Source: Myxococcales bacterium
GTDB lineage: Bacteria; Myxococcota; B64-G9
DNA length: 64,000 nt
Direction of reading: 5' to 3'
Assembly (NCBI GenBank): GCA_012798435.1
Contig: JAAZNF010000028.1
Span: 15,362 to 79,361, forward strand
Below are positions 1 through 8,834 of this stretch, one piece after another (the stretch's first letter is position 1; each line of letters opens with the position of its first letter). Under the pieces are notes generated by a model. It ran no database searches and was not told the origin of the DNA. It was given only the letters and a program-made list of their open reading frames with translations. The position numbers and the translations under genes are program-made.

Positions 1-2
1 AG

Positions 3-551
3 ATGCACGGCAAGCTCATGTGGCGCTCCTCGAACACCGCCGAGCTGTACTTCGAGGACTGCCGCGTGCCGCGGGACAACCTGCTGGGGAAGCGCGGGGA
101 TGGCTTCAAGCAGATGCTGGCCACCCTGGACGGCGGGCGGCTGTCCATCGGCGCCATGGGGCTGGGCTGCGCCCAGGGCGCCTTCGACCTGGCCCTGCGC
201 TATGCCAAGGAGCGCGTGCAGTTCGGCCAGCCCATCTGCCACTTCCAGGTCAACGCCTTCAAGCTGGCCGACATGGCCATGGAGATCGAGGCCGGCCGGC
301 ACCTCATGTACAAGGCCTGCTGGCTGAAGGACCAGCACCGGCCCTTCGGGCGCGAGGCGGCCATGGGCAAGCTGTACTGCTCGGAGCTGGCGCGCCGGGT
401 GAGCAACCAGGCGGTGCAGCTCCACGGCGGCTACGGCCTGATGAAGGAGTACGACGTGGAGCGCTTCTACCGCGACGCGAAACTCCTCGAGATCGGCGAG
501 GGCACCTCCGAGGTGCAGCGCATCGTCATCTCGCGCCACCTGGGCTGCTGA
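3..551 (+). CDS. Acyl-CoA dehydrogenase, C-terminal part (5' end lies outside the window)
   Basis: Translation ...EDCRVPRDNLLGKRGDGFKQMLATLDGGRLSIGAMGLGCAQGAFDLALRYAKERVQFGQPI...EIGEGTSEVQRIVISRHL is a typical ACAD C-terminal helical domain ending in the conserved EGT.E.Q motif. The ORF is open to the window edge. Confidence 0.85.
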   Translation: MHGKLMWRSSNTAELYFEDCRVPRDNLLGKRGDGFKQMLATLDGGRLSIGAMGLGCAQGAFDLALRYAKERVQFGQPICHFQVNAFKLADMAMEIEAGRHLMYKACWLKDQHRPFGREAAMGKLYCSELARRVSNQAVQLHGGYGLMKEYDVERFYRDAKLLEIGEGTSEVQRIVISRHLGC

Positions 552-804
552 CCCGGTCTGCCAGGAATACCTTCAGCCCAAAGAAGATCTCGCCAAGGGA
601 ACACACCCCCTTGAACCCCCACCGAAACTGCCCCGAAAAAACCTGCTAGTACGGAAAAATCCAGAAAAAGGCCCGGGGAAAACCCTTGGTGGAGGCAACG
701 GCGCCGGATCGCTGGCACCTCTGCCTTTTCCCCTGTGCTATGAGCGGATTTTTTCAGGGACTTTTACGGGGGTTCAAAGGGGGCAGAGCCCCCGGGCAGA
801 TCAG

Positions 805-3195
805 CTACGGAAGCTCGGCCCAGGAGAAAGCGGCGACGGCGACCGGGAGGTCCCACATGTCGTTTGCGCCAAACCCGAAGAGCTTCGGGAAGCTCCAGCC
901 GTCCTGGAGTCGCACGGCCATGAGCCCGGCGGCGGCGGCGCGATCCGTTCCGGTCGGGCTGGGCGGCAGCGCGATGACCGTCCGAGGCAGCTCGGCGAAC
1001 ACCCGCCACGGCTGTCCGTCCGCCGCCGAGAACTCGGCCACGGCCAACTGGGCGCCGGTGGGCATGGCGCCGATGTCGATCTTCCGCTCGGCGGCCGAGA
1101 ACGAGCCCTGCGGCGGGGCCAGGAAGGCGTCCAGCGCAAGCTCGCCGTCGAAGTCATCCAGCAACACCACCTGACCGGCGCGGTGGGACGGATCGCCGGC
1201 CCGCCAGGCCAGCGCCAGCAGCACCCGTTGCGCTCCCGCCTCGGGCATGCGCCCGGCCACCTCCGAGACGCGCACCTCGACCGGGCCGGGGAGCAGGCCG
1301 TCGGGCGGATCGTGGACCGGGTCATCGCTGTCGAAGCCGGCGGCCAGGCCCAGCGGTACGAACCCGCCGGCCGGGGTGTGGATGCCCGCGAGCAGCAGCA
1401 CGCTGTCGTAGGCGTTGGCGGGGAACTGCGGCACCGTGACCTTGAGCGAGTGGGCTTGCGGCATGGTGAGCGGCAGGTCGAGCGAGCTGAAGTTCTGGTA
1501 GTCGGGCACAAGCTCCGTGCGATCGCCGTCGCCGTCGAGGTCGCTGCGGTCCGCCACCAGCGGGATCTCGGCGATGAGCTGGTTGGGCGCCAGGGCCCCG
1601 CGTTGAGCGGAGAGGTTGATCAGCCGGTACACCAGCCCCAGCGAGTCCTGGCCGTCGGCGGCCTGCAAGAACGGCAGCAGCCGGGTCCTAAACTCCGCTT
1701 CGTCGAGCTTGCCGCCCAGCCCGAAGAACACGCGGTTCTCGGGGACGGCGCTCACGGAGTAGCGGTTCTTGTAGCTCGAGGAGCCGTTCAGCCATACCTG
1801 CCCGCCCGGAAGCCGCAGGTCGTAGGTATGGTCGTCGAACATGAACCGGGCCCGGAAGACGTCCTGCCAGGGAAAGTCGGGCGCGATGTCGAGCGGGAAG
1901 CCGGGCAGCGAGAACCCGGCCAGGGCCAGGCTCATCTCGCAGGGGTGAGGCGCCGGGCAGCGGATCCGGTCGAAGGAGAACCGTCCGGCTACCCCGCCGG
2001 CCCGATCCGCCTGCACCAGCCGCCGCATCGGGATCACCAGGTCGCGCCAGGTGACGCCCGCGATGGTGATGAACTCGTAGGCCGGGTCGGCCACAGTGAC
2101 GTCGCCGGGGTGTTCGGGATCGAGGTAGCGGTCGTAGATCCACGAGCCGGAGGCGTCCATGCGCGCCGGGGGCAGGTCGTTGATCTGGAAGAAGGCCCCC
2201 TTGACCGGTGCCCCGGTCTCGGCGTCGACCGCCGCCGCGCGCGTCCCCACCGGCGGCGGATCCCCCAGGTTGATGGCCCAGGCGTGGCACTTTGTGTTGC
2301 AGCCACGCACGGTGACGGTGAGCTCGACGGCGCCCGAGGCGGTGGCGCCCCCGGTGAGCAGGCCGTCCCCGTTGACGTCGGCGGAGGCTGGCGCGGCCGA
2401 GGACCAGTCGCTGGCCACCCCGGGAGCGTACGTGCCGTCGGCGCGAAAGGCCCCGGCCACGAGCTGCACCTGGTAGCCGGGCATGAACACCACCCACGAC
2501 GGCCAGATGCGACAGGCGGCGACCTCGGCGCACCCCGCCGGGCTCAAACAGTCGCCGCTCTGGCACACGTGCCCGCCGGAGCAATCCGCGTCGCGCTCGC
2601 AGTGCGCAAAGTCGCAGACCCCGTCCTGGCCGCACAGGAGGTCGCCGGCGTGCGGGACATCCGCCCGCTGAGTGCACTCGGCATCGGTGGTGCAGCGGCT
2701 GCGGCACTTGTTGTCGAAGAGGTCGCAGGAAAGCCCCTCACAGCAGTTGCCGGGATCGGCGTTGCAGTATCCATCCGCCTGGATGCAGGGCTTCTCGCAA
2801 GTGCCCCCGGCGGTGCACACCATCCCGGCCTCGGGGCAGTCGCCGTCCTGGCAGCACTCGTGGCACTTGCCGTCGGTGCAGCAACGCGCTCCGCTGCAAC
2901 AGTCGTCCTGGCAGGTCTCGCCGATGGTGCGGCAGGGCACCTCGTGACAGCGCCGGTCCACGCCGCACACCGGAGTGGCGCCGGAGCAGTCGCCGTCGCC
3001 GCAACACTCCTGGCAGGTGAAGTCGGCGCAGCAGTGCCCGCCACCGGTGCAGGCCGCACCGGGGCAGCAGGCGTGGCACTCCCCGTCGGAGCAGCGCTCG
3101 GTCCCCGCCGGGCACTGCGTGCCACCGTTCCCGCCGCACGCTCCCAATGCCAGCGCCAGCATCCCACCCACAACGATCCGCAGGAAACGTGTCAT
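805..3195 (-). CDS. Secreted lipoprotein with N-terminal Cys-rich module (about 60 Cys in the first 250 aa) and a large C-terminal domain of unknown function
   Basis: ATG at 3193-3195. Lipoprotein-type signal MTRFLRIVVGGMLALALGAC. Dense CxxC/CC clusters with protein-like composition. The overlapping + strand ORF 1183..3213 is Arg/Gly-rich junk. Confidence 0.6.
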   Translation of the reverse strand: MTRFLRIVVGGMLALALGACGGNGGTQCPAGTERCSDGECHACCPGAACTGGGHCCADFTCQECCGDGDCSGATPVCGVDRRCHEVPCRTIGETCQDDCCSGARCCTDGKCHECCQDGDCPEAGMVCTAGGTCEKPCIQADGYCNADPGNCCEGLSCDLFDNKCRSRCTTDAECTQRADVPHAGDLLCGQDGVCDFAHCERDADCSGGHVCQSGDCLSPAGCAEVAACRIWPSWVVFMPGYQVQLVAGAFRADGTYAPGVASDWSSAAPASADVNGDGLLTGGATASGAVELTVTVRGCNTKCHAWAINLGDPPPVGTRAAAVDAETGAPVKGAFFQINDLPPARMDASGSWIYDRYLDPEHPGDVTVADPAYEFITIAGVTWRDLVIPMRRLVQADRAGGVAGRFSFDRIRCPAPHPCEMSLALAGFSLPGFPLDIAPDFPWQDVFRARFMFDDHTYDLRLPGGQVWLNGSSSYKNRYSVSAVPENRVFFGLGGKLDEAEFRTRLLPFLQAADGQDSLGLVYRLINLSAQRGALAPNQLIAEIPLVADRSDLDGDGDRTELVPDYQNFSSLDLPLTMPQAHSLKVTVPQFPANAYDSVLLLAGIHTPAGGFVPLGLAAGFDSDDPVHDPPDGLLPGPVEVRVSEVAGRMPEAGAQRVLLALAWRAGDPSHRAGQVVLLDDFDGELALDAFLAPPQGSFSAAERKIDIGAMPTGAQLAVAEFSAADGQPWRVFAELPRTVIALPPSPTGTDRAAAAGLMAVRLQDGWSFPKLFGFGANDMWDLPVAVAAFSWAELP

Positions 3196-3315
3196 GAACG
3201 ACCCCTTGGTTAGATAAGGTTCGACCCATTCTCACCACAGGAAAAAACTCTTGGCAAGATCCTTTGTATAAAAACGATTGGAGGCGCGACCCGGCGGCGG
3301 TAGAATCTCTCCACC

Positions 3316-6240
3316 ATGGTCCTCAAGCGGGCACTGGTTCTGCTGCTATGGTCGGTTCCGTCGTTGGCCCGGGCCGAGCCGGTGCCGCTGGAAGAGTTGC
3401 AGACGGTCGCCGGGCCGGCCTACGAGGTACGCTCGGCCACCATCGCGGACGAAGTGCTGGAGGTGGTCCTCTCCGGCGATTGGCGCGCGCTACGAGACGA
3501 CCTTACGCGCGAGGATCTCATCCGCGAGCTGCTGTGGGCCGCCCGCCGGTTTGCCGACACCGAGGGCATTCGTGTGCTGTGGCAAACGAACGAGGGGCTG
3601 CGGCCGCTCGATTCGCTGGTTCGGGATCCAAGCGAGGCCGAGCGCATGCGCGCCATCATCGAGACGCGTGCTCCCGGACTGCGCCGGCTCCCACCGCAGG
3701 ATCTCCCCCTGGGCGGAAGCCTCCAGGGACGAACCATCGTCCTGAGCCCGGGCCACGGCTGGATCTATTACGACAGCCTCGCCAACTGGTCCACCCAGCG
3801 CGGCCTCATCAACCTGCCGGACTGCGAGACCTGCCGCGGCATCATCGAGGACTTCTCCAACGCCGAGATCGCCTTCCGCTACCTCTTGCCCGACCTGCTG
3901 CGCGCCGGGGCCACGGTGTGGGTGGTGCGCGAGCGGGACGAGGCGAGCTTCGAGCAGATCATCGACGACGGCGAGGCCGGCTACCTCGAGGAGGGGAGCT
4001 TTCGCGATGGCACCTCGACGGGCGGTTTCAATGGCGGATACCGGGTGCTGCTGGCCTCGGACGGCGGGCGCGCCCGGTACCGGTTCGCCGTCCCGAAGGA
4101 CGGCGAATACTGGCTCTCGCTGTGGACGGTGGCGGGCGGCAACCGCATCTCCGACGCCCGCCTGAGCCTGGCCCAGGCCGATCGGACGGAGTCGGCCCAC
4201 CTCGACCTGCGCGTGGACGGCTCGCGCTGGCGGCACGTGATGCGGACGTGGCTTCAGGCCGGCCCGGCGGAGGCGATCCTGGAGCCCGGGCCCGCGGCTG
4301 AAACCGACGGCTACCTGGTAGCGGACGCGATCCGCCTCGGCGGCGGCGTGGACCAAAGCGTGGTGGCCGGGAAGGCCGCCGACAAGCCCCGCTGGCAAAT
4401 GGGCGCGCTGTTCGCCCTGCCCTACCTCGGGTTGCCACCGTCGCTCAACCCCGGCTCGGACGTCACGGTGCGGCCGGCGGGCGCCGAGTGGTTCGGCGCC
4501 GACGCCTACCTCTCGCTACACTCGAACGCGTCCGGCGGCTCGACGCAAAACGCCTCGGGGACCTCCACCTACCGCTACAACTGCGGCAGCTACCCCGACC
4601 ACTCGGTGGCCCCCGATCCTTCGCTGTGCGACCAGCCACCGGGGAGCGACCGGCTTCAGAAGGCCGTGCACCAGTCCATCATCCAGGTGCTGCGCGCTCA
4701 GTGGGATCCGGCCTGGCGCGACCGGGGGACGCTGGTGGCCAACTTCGGCGAGCTTAGGCCCCTGCGCACCATGCCGGGCGCGCTGGTGGAGAGCGCCTTC
4801 CACGACGGCATCCAGAAGGCCTCGGCCGACATGCGCATGGCCGACAACGAGGCGTTGCAGGACCCGCGCTTCCGCCACTGGCTGGCCTACGCCATCTACG
4901 CGGGGCTGACCCGCTTCTTCGATCCCGACGCCGAGCTGGCCCCGGCCGAGGCCCCGGCCTGGCTCTCAGTGACCCACCGCGACGAGGGGGGCCTGCGAGT
5001 GGAGTGGGCACCCGTCGCGGGCGCCCTCCAGTACCGGGTGCGCTGGTCCGAGGGCGGCCGGGCGCTGGACCGCTCGCTCGTCACCGGCGAGCTCGCCGTC
5101 TCGCTGCTGGACGTCGTCCCCGCCGAGATCTACGCCGTGACCGTCTCCGGCCTCAACGCCGGCGGCGAGGGCCCACCGTCCGAGCTGGCCACGGTGCGCT
5201 ACCGCGGGCACGGCGCCCCGGCCGACCTCCTGCTGGTCGGCGGTTTCGACCGGCAGGACGCCCGCATCGGAGACGGTTGGAACCGGCGCGACCAGGCCTT
5301 CGCCCACGCCGAGGCGCTGCGCGACTACCTGCTCTCCCGCTACTACTTCGACTTCGTCTCCAACGAGCGGGTGGAGGCGGGCGCGCTGGATCTTTCGCGC
5401 TACCGGGCCGCGGTGTGGATCCTGGGCGAGGAGTCCACCGCCGACCAGACCTTCTCGGCCGCCGAGCAGGCGCGGGTGCGGGACTACCTGGCCGCCGGCG
5501 GAGCCTTGCTCGCCTCCGGCGCCGAGATCGGCTGGGACCTGGTCGAGCGGGGCTCGGCCGAGGACCGAGCCTTCTTCGAGCAGGCCTTCGGCGCCACCTA
5601 CCAAAACGACGACGCGGGCGTGTACTCCGCCGAGGGCACCGGGGCGCTGGTGGACATCCCGGCCTTCACCTTCGACGACGGCACCGCCGGCATCTACCCG
5701 GTGGAGTACCCGGACGTCTTTTCCCCGGCCGGCGGCGAGACGGTGCTGGAGTACGGAAACGGCCTGCCGGCCGCCATCGCCCATGCCGCACCCTTCGGAC
5801 GCTCCGTCCTGATCGGCTTCCCCCTCGAGACGGTGGTCGACCCCGAGATCCGCAGCGATCTTGCCGGCGCCTGCCTGGACTGGCTGCTTCCCGGACACCT
5901 CTCGGACGACTTCGACAGGGACGGCCTTCCCGACGAGTGGGAGGACCGCTATGGCACCGACCCCCGGACGCCGTCGGCCGAGCTCGATCCCGACGCAGAC
6001 GGGGCCAGCAACCTCGAGGAGTACCGGCGCGGCACCGACCCGCTCCACCCCGACAACGAGCCCGATGGCGGGAGCGACGGCGGCGCGGACGGCGGCGACC
6101 ATGAAGCGACGTCGGGCGGGTGCGGCTGCGGCGGAAACGGACCGGGCGCGGCGGGGCTCCTCTGGCTGGCGGTTCTCGGGCCACTCTCCCGCTGCCGGCG
6201 ATTCACCGGAAAACCAAGCGCTGAAAAATCCTTGACTTGA
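3316..6240 (+). CDS. Surface-anchored N-acetylmuramoyl-L-alanine amidase (Amidase_3-like) with Fn3-like domain, thrombospondin type-3-like Asp repeats and a MYXO-CTERM sorting signal
   Basis: Signal peptide MVLKRALVLLLWSVPSLARA. Motifs RTIVLSPGHGW and LSLHSNASGG resemble the Zn-binding segments of Amidase_3. Fn3-like RVEWAPVAGALQYRVRWSEGG. DxDxDG repeats (DRDGLPDEWEDRYGTDP, DPDADGASNLEEY). C-terminus SGGCGCGGNGPGAAGLLWLAVLGPLSRCRRF matches MYXO-CTERM. Confidence 0.7.
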   Translation: MVLKRALVLLLWSVPSLARAEPVPLEELQTVAGPAYEVRSATIADEVLEVVLSGDWRALRDDLTREDLIRELLWAARRFADTEGIRVLWQTNEGLRPLDSLVRDPSEAERMRAIIETRAPGLRRLPPQDLPLGGSLQGRTIVLSPGHGWIYYDSLANWSTQRGLINLPDCETCRGIIEDFSNAEIAFRYLLPDLLRAGATVWVVRERDEASFEQIIDDGEAGYLEEGSFRDGTSTGGFNGGYRVLLASDGGRARYRFAVPKDGEYWLSLWTVAGGNRISDARLSLAQADRTESAHLDLRVDGSRWRHVMRTWLQAGPAEAILEPGPAAETDGYLVADAIRLGGGVDQSVVAGKAADKPRWQMGALFALPYLGLPPSLNPGSDVTVRPAGAEWFGADAYLSLHSNASGGSTQNASGTSTYRYNCGSYPDHSVAPDPSLCDQPPGSDRLQKAVHQSIIQVLRAQWDPAWRDRGTLVANFGELRPLRTMPGALVESAFHDGIQKASADMRMADNEALQDPRFRHWLAYAIYAGLTRFFDPDAELAPAEAPAWLSVTHRDEGGLRVEWAPVAGALQYRVRWSEGGRALDRSLVTGELAVSLLDVVPAEIYAVTVSGLNAGGEGPPSELATVRYRGHGAPADLLLVGGFDRQDARIGDGWNRRDQAFAHAEALRDYLLSRYYFDFVSNERVEAGALDLSRYRAAVWILGEESTADQTFSAAEQARVRDYLAAGGALLASGAEIGWDLVERGSAEDRAFFEQAFGATYQNDDAGVYSAEGTGALVDIPAFTFDDGTAGIYPVEYPDVFSPAGGETVLEYGNGLPAAIAHAAPFGRSVLIGFPLETVVDPEIRSDLAGACLDWLLPGHLSDDFDRDGLPDEWEDRYGTDPRTPSAELDPDADGASNLEEYRRGTDPLHPDNEPDGGSDGGADGGDHEATSGGCGCGGNGPGAAGLLWLAVLGPLSRCRRFTGKPSAEKSLT

Positions 6241-6282
6241 AGCGGCGGGATCGCTAATTTGCGCACCCGTGCCGGGGTTCCT

Positions 6283-6366
6283 GCCGAAGTGGCGGAACTG
6301 GTAGACGCGCTAGATTCAGGGTCTAGTGGGTTCACCCCCGTGCAGGTTCGAGTCCTGTCTTCGGCA
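6283..6366 (+). tRNA. tRNA-Leu (anticodon CAG), type II tRNA with long variable arm
   Basis: Acceptor stem GCCGAAG/CTTCGGC plus discriminator A. Anticodon stem CTAGA/TCTAG with loop TTCAGGG (anticodon CAG). Long variable arm TGGGTTCACCCCCGT. T-loop TTCGAGT. No encoded CCA. Confidence 0.85.
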
Positions 6367-6381
6367 TCCCCCCGGCACCTG

Positions 6382-6408
6382 GCACCGCCTCGGCGGTGCT
6401 TTTTTTTT
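6382..6408 (+). terminator. Rho-independent terminator immediately after tRNA-Leu
   Basis: Perfect GC-rich inverted repeat GCACCGCC-tc-GGCGGTGC followed by a run of nine T. The T-run overlaps the stop codon of the convergent minus-strand lipoprotein gene. Confidence 0.65.
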
Positions 6409-6934
6409 AGAACGTCGCCGAGATCTTCTGCGCCAGTTTCTCGACCGCCGGGAGCAGGGCCTCGATCGGCCCCTCGGTCTCCTGGGTGAAACGCGTCTTC
6501 ACCTTGCCCTCGGCCGTGTGGAGCACCGCATCGAGCAGGTACTTGTCACCCACCTTGCCGATGTTGAGGTTGAGCACGAACTCGGCGTTGGCGGCCTCTG
6601 CCATCTTGGCCAGGCACTGCTCCTCCTCGCAGGCGGCGAACATCATCTGATCCTGCAGGTGGGTGAGCACCGCGGCCAGATCCTGGGCGCACAAAAGGTC
6701 GAACTTCTTCCCCTGGGCCAGACTGGCGCAGAAGGCCCCCTCCAGCCCGGAGCAGGCGGCCGCGTCCACCGCTGCGCTCTTGATGGGCTTCACCGCCAGG
6801 CGCACCGTCTTGCCCGACTTCCCGCCGCTCTCCACCACCTTGACCTCCGTGTCGCCGCCCGCGCGCGGCCCGGCGCAGGCGAACAGGGAAAACGCCATCA
6901 CCACCCACACGCACGCCGAGCACATGCCTTTCAT
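6407..6934 (-). CDS. Hypothetical lipoprotein
   Basis: Signal and lipobox MKGMCSACVWVVMAFSLFAC. 175 aa, balanced composition, conserved-looking Cys pairs. I recognise no family. Confidence 0.55.
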   Translation of the reverse strand: MKGMCSACVWVVMAFSLFACAGPRAGGDTEVKVVESGGKSGKTVRLAVKPIKSAAVDAAACSGLEGAFCASLAQGKKFDLLCAQDLAAVLTHLQDQMMFAACEEEQCLAKMAEAANAEFVLNLNIGKVGDKYLLDAVLHTAEGKVKTRFTQETEGPIEALLPAVEKLAQKISATF

Positions 6935-6937
6935 GAG

Positions 6938-7507
6938 CTACCTCCCTTTGGCGCTGGAATCCTCCAGCCTCTTCTTGACCTCGTCCACCGGCAGCGAGTC
7001 CTTCGGATCGTACCCGACGTTCCGCAAGCGCACCACGTTGCGCTCATCGAGCAGAAACAGCGTCGGCAGCGTGTCCACCTGGTAGCGGCGTTGCACCACC
7101 TGGAAGCGGTCGCGCAACACCGGGAAGGTGAGCTCGAGCTCGCCCACGAGTTTCTGCGCCTCGGCGATCTTCTCGGGCAACGCGTCCACGCCCACCACCA
7201 CCACCGAAAGCCCTCTCGCCCCCAGCTCCTGGTGGAGCTTCTGGAGCTCGGGCAGCTCGCGACGGCACGGCTTGCAGTCCACGGAGAAGAAGCTCACCAG
7301 GCTCACCCGCGGCCGCGCGGCTCCGTCGCCCGGCGCACCATCCTCGACGCCGGCCCGGCGCTGGCCGCAGGCCTCGGGGTTGACGGTGGGAAGGGTGAAC
7401 GTCGGCGCCGGGCTCCCGAGCCCGACCTTGTCCTCGGCCGCGGCCCCGGCCGCGGCGCACCAGGCGATGGCGATGCTCGCGGCGAAAATCGCTCTCGCGA
7501 CGGTCAT
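6938..7507 (-). CDS. TlpA/ResA-like periplasmic thiol:disulfide oxidoreductase (thioredoxin fold)
   Basis: Start [11 protein letters not shown] (ATG 7505-7507) inside a longer track ORF whose upstream part is junk. The CKPC active site sits in VSLVSFFSVDCKPCRRELPELQKL. The start overlaps the hisS stop. Confidence 0.75.
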   Translation of the reverse strand: MTVARAIFAASIAIAWCAAAGAAAEDKVGLGSPAPTFTLPTVNPEACGQRRAGVEDGAPGDGAARPRVSLVSFFSVDCKPCRRELPELQKLHQELGARGLSVVVVGVDALPEKIAEAQKLVGELELTFPVLRDRFQVVQRRYQVDTLPTLFLLDERNVVRLRNVGYDPKDSLPVDEVKKRLEDSSAKGR

Positions 7508-8802
7508 GGGCGCATCTCCTCCGAGACCCTCAGGCGCAGCTTGTCGCGGATCAGTGCGTCCAGTCCCTGGCGTGGCACGCGGCTCTGCTTGTCGGCGGAC
7601 TCGGCCGCGGCCAGGTCCTTGAGCGTGACCGTGCCGGTGCGCAGCTCCTCCTCTCCCAGGATGAGGGCCAGGCGCGCCCCGCGCCGGTCGGCGAGCTTCA
7701 TCTGGGACTTTATGCTTCCGCAGCGAACGTCGCACTCCACTCGCAACCCCGAACGCCGGAGCTCGCGCATGAGCGAGAGCGCGCTCTTGTGGCTCTCGGT
7801 GTCGAGCGCCACCACGAACACCAGCGGCGCCTCGGGCGCCCGCGCGCCCTGCTCGGCCAGCAGCATCACGATCCGGTCGAGCCCCGCCGCGAAGCCGATG
7901 GCTGGGGTGGGCCGGCCGCCCAGCATCTCCACCAGCCCGTCGTAGCGCCCGCCGCCGGCGACGGCGTTCTGGGCGCCCAGGCCCTCGGCCAGCAGCTCGA
8001 AGGTGGTGCGGGTGTAGTAGTCCAGCCCGCGCATGAGCCGGTGATCGAGCGCGTAGGCGATGCCGAGCTGGTCCAGGTAGGCGCGCACCGCGTCGAAGTG
8101 GGCGGCGCACTCCGCGCACAGCTTGTCCAGCATGTGCGGGGCGCCCTCGGCCGCGCGGCGGCAGCCTTCGACCTTGCAGTCCAGCACGCGCAGCGGGTTC
8201 TTGTGGAGGCGCTCGGTACAGGTCGGGCACAGCTCGCCGACCCGTCCCGTGAAGTATTCGACCAGCGCCTCGCGGTAGCCCGGGCGGCAGGCGGCGCAGC
8301 CCAGCGAGTTGAGGTGCACCGAGACTGCGCGCAGCGAAAGCGCCGCGGCGAACTCCCACAGGATCTCGATCATCTCGGCGTCGGCCGCCGGATGGGCGGC
8401 GCCCAGCAGCTCCACCCCCAGCTGATAGAACTGGCGAAAGCGCCCCTTCTGCGGCCGCTCGTGGCGGAACATCGGCCCCAGGTACCACAGCCGGTTGAGC
8501 GGCAGTTCGTTTGCGAGGTTATGCTCCAGGTAGGCCCGCACCGCCGAGGCCGTCCCCTCCGGGCGCAAGGTCACCGATTCACCGTCCCGGTCGGCGAAGG
8601 TGTACATCTCCTTGGCCACGATGTCGGTGGCCTCGCCGATGCCGCGGGCGAAGAGCGCGGTGGGTTCGAGCAACGGGGTGCGGATCTCAGAGTAGTTGAA
8701 GCGCGACAGTAGATCCCGCGCCGTGCCTTCCACAAACTGCCACAACGGCATGTCGGCGGGGAGCAGATCCCGCATGCCGCGAATGGATTGGATGCGTTCC
8801 AT
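7504..8802 (-). CDS. hisS: Histidine--tRNA ligase
   Basis: [15 protein letters not shown]...[12 protein letters not shown]...GGGRYDGL motifs 1-3 and a C-terminal anticodon-binding domain. ATG at 8800-8802. The track ORF is extended upstream by 61 junk codons. Confidence 0.9.
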   Translation of the reverse strand: MERIQSIRGMRDLLPADMPLWQFVEGTARDLLSRFNYSEIRTPLLEPTALFARGIGEATDIVAKEMYTFADRDGESVTLRPEGTASAVRAYLEHNLANELPLNRLWYLGPMFRHERPQKGRFRQFYQLGVELLGAAHPAADAEMIEILWEFAAALSLRAVSVHLNSLGCAACRPGYREALVEYFTGRVGELCPTCTERLHKNPLRVLDCKVEGCRRAAEGAPHMLDKLCAECAAHFDAVRAYLDQLGIAYALDHRLMRGLDYYTRTTFELLAEGLGAQNAVAGGGRYDGLVEMLGGRPTPAIGFAAGLDRIVMLLAEQGARAPEAPLVFVVALDTESHKSALSLMRELRRSGLRVECDVRCGSIKSQMKLADRRGARLALILGEEELRTGTVTLKDLAAAESADKQSRVPRQGLDALIRDKLRLRVSEEMRP

Positions 8803-8834
8803 CGGCGGCAATCTAGCAACCGCGCCAACGCGAG

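Noticed and set aside
1183-3213. 676-aa + strand ORF antisense to the Cys-rich lipoprotein gene
   Set aside because: Arg/Gly/Val/Ala-dominated low-complexity translation with no signal or motifs. This is a typical open antisense frame in 70% GC DNA, and the opposite strand has coherent protein features.
4966-6104. Long overlapping ORFs on both strands inside the amidase gene 3' half
   Set aside because: Both are Arg/Pro/Gly junk frames. The amidase frame carries Fn3, DxDxDG repeats and MYXO-CTERM.
6262-6410. tRNA-Leu as a possible integration site for a genomic island
   Set aside because: No integrase, direct repeat of the tRNA 3' end, or compositional shift in the flanking 5 kb. The downstream genes (lipoprotein, TlpA, hisS) look native.
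6938-8488. 516-aa track ORF
   Set aside because: A fusion artefact. Only the C-terminal 189 aa (the TlpA-like protein from ATG 7505-7507) are real; the upstream part is antisense to hisS.
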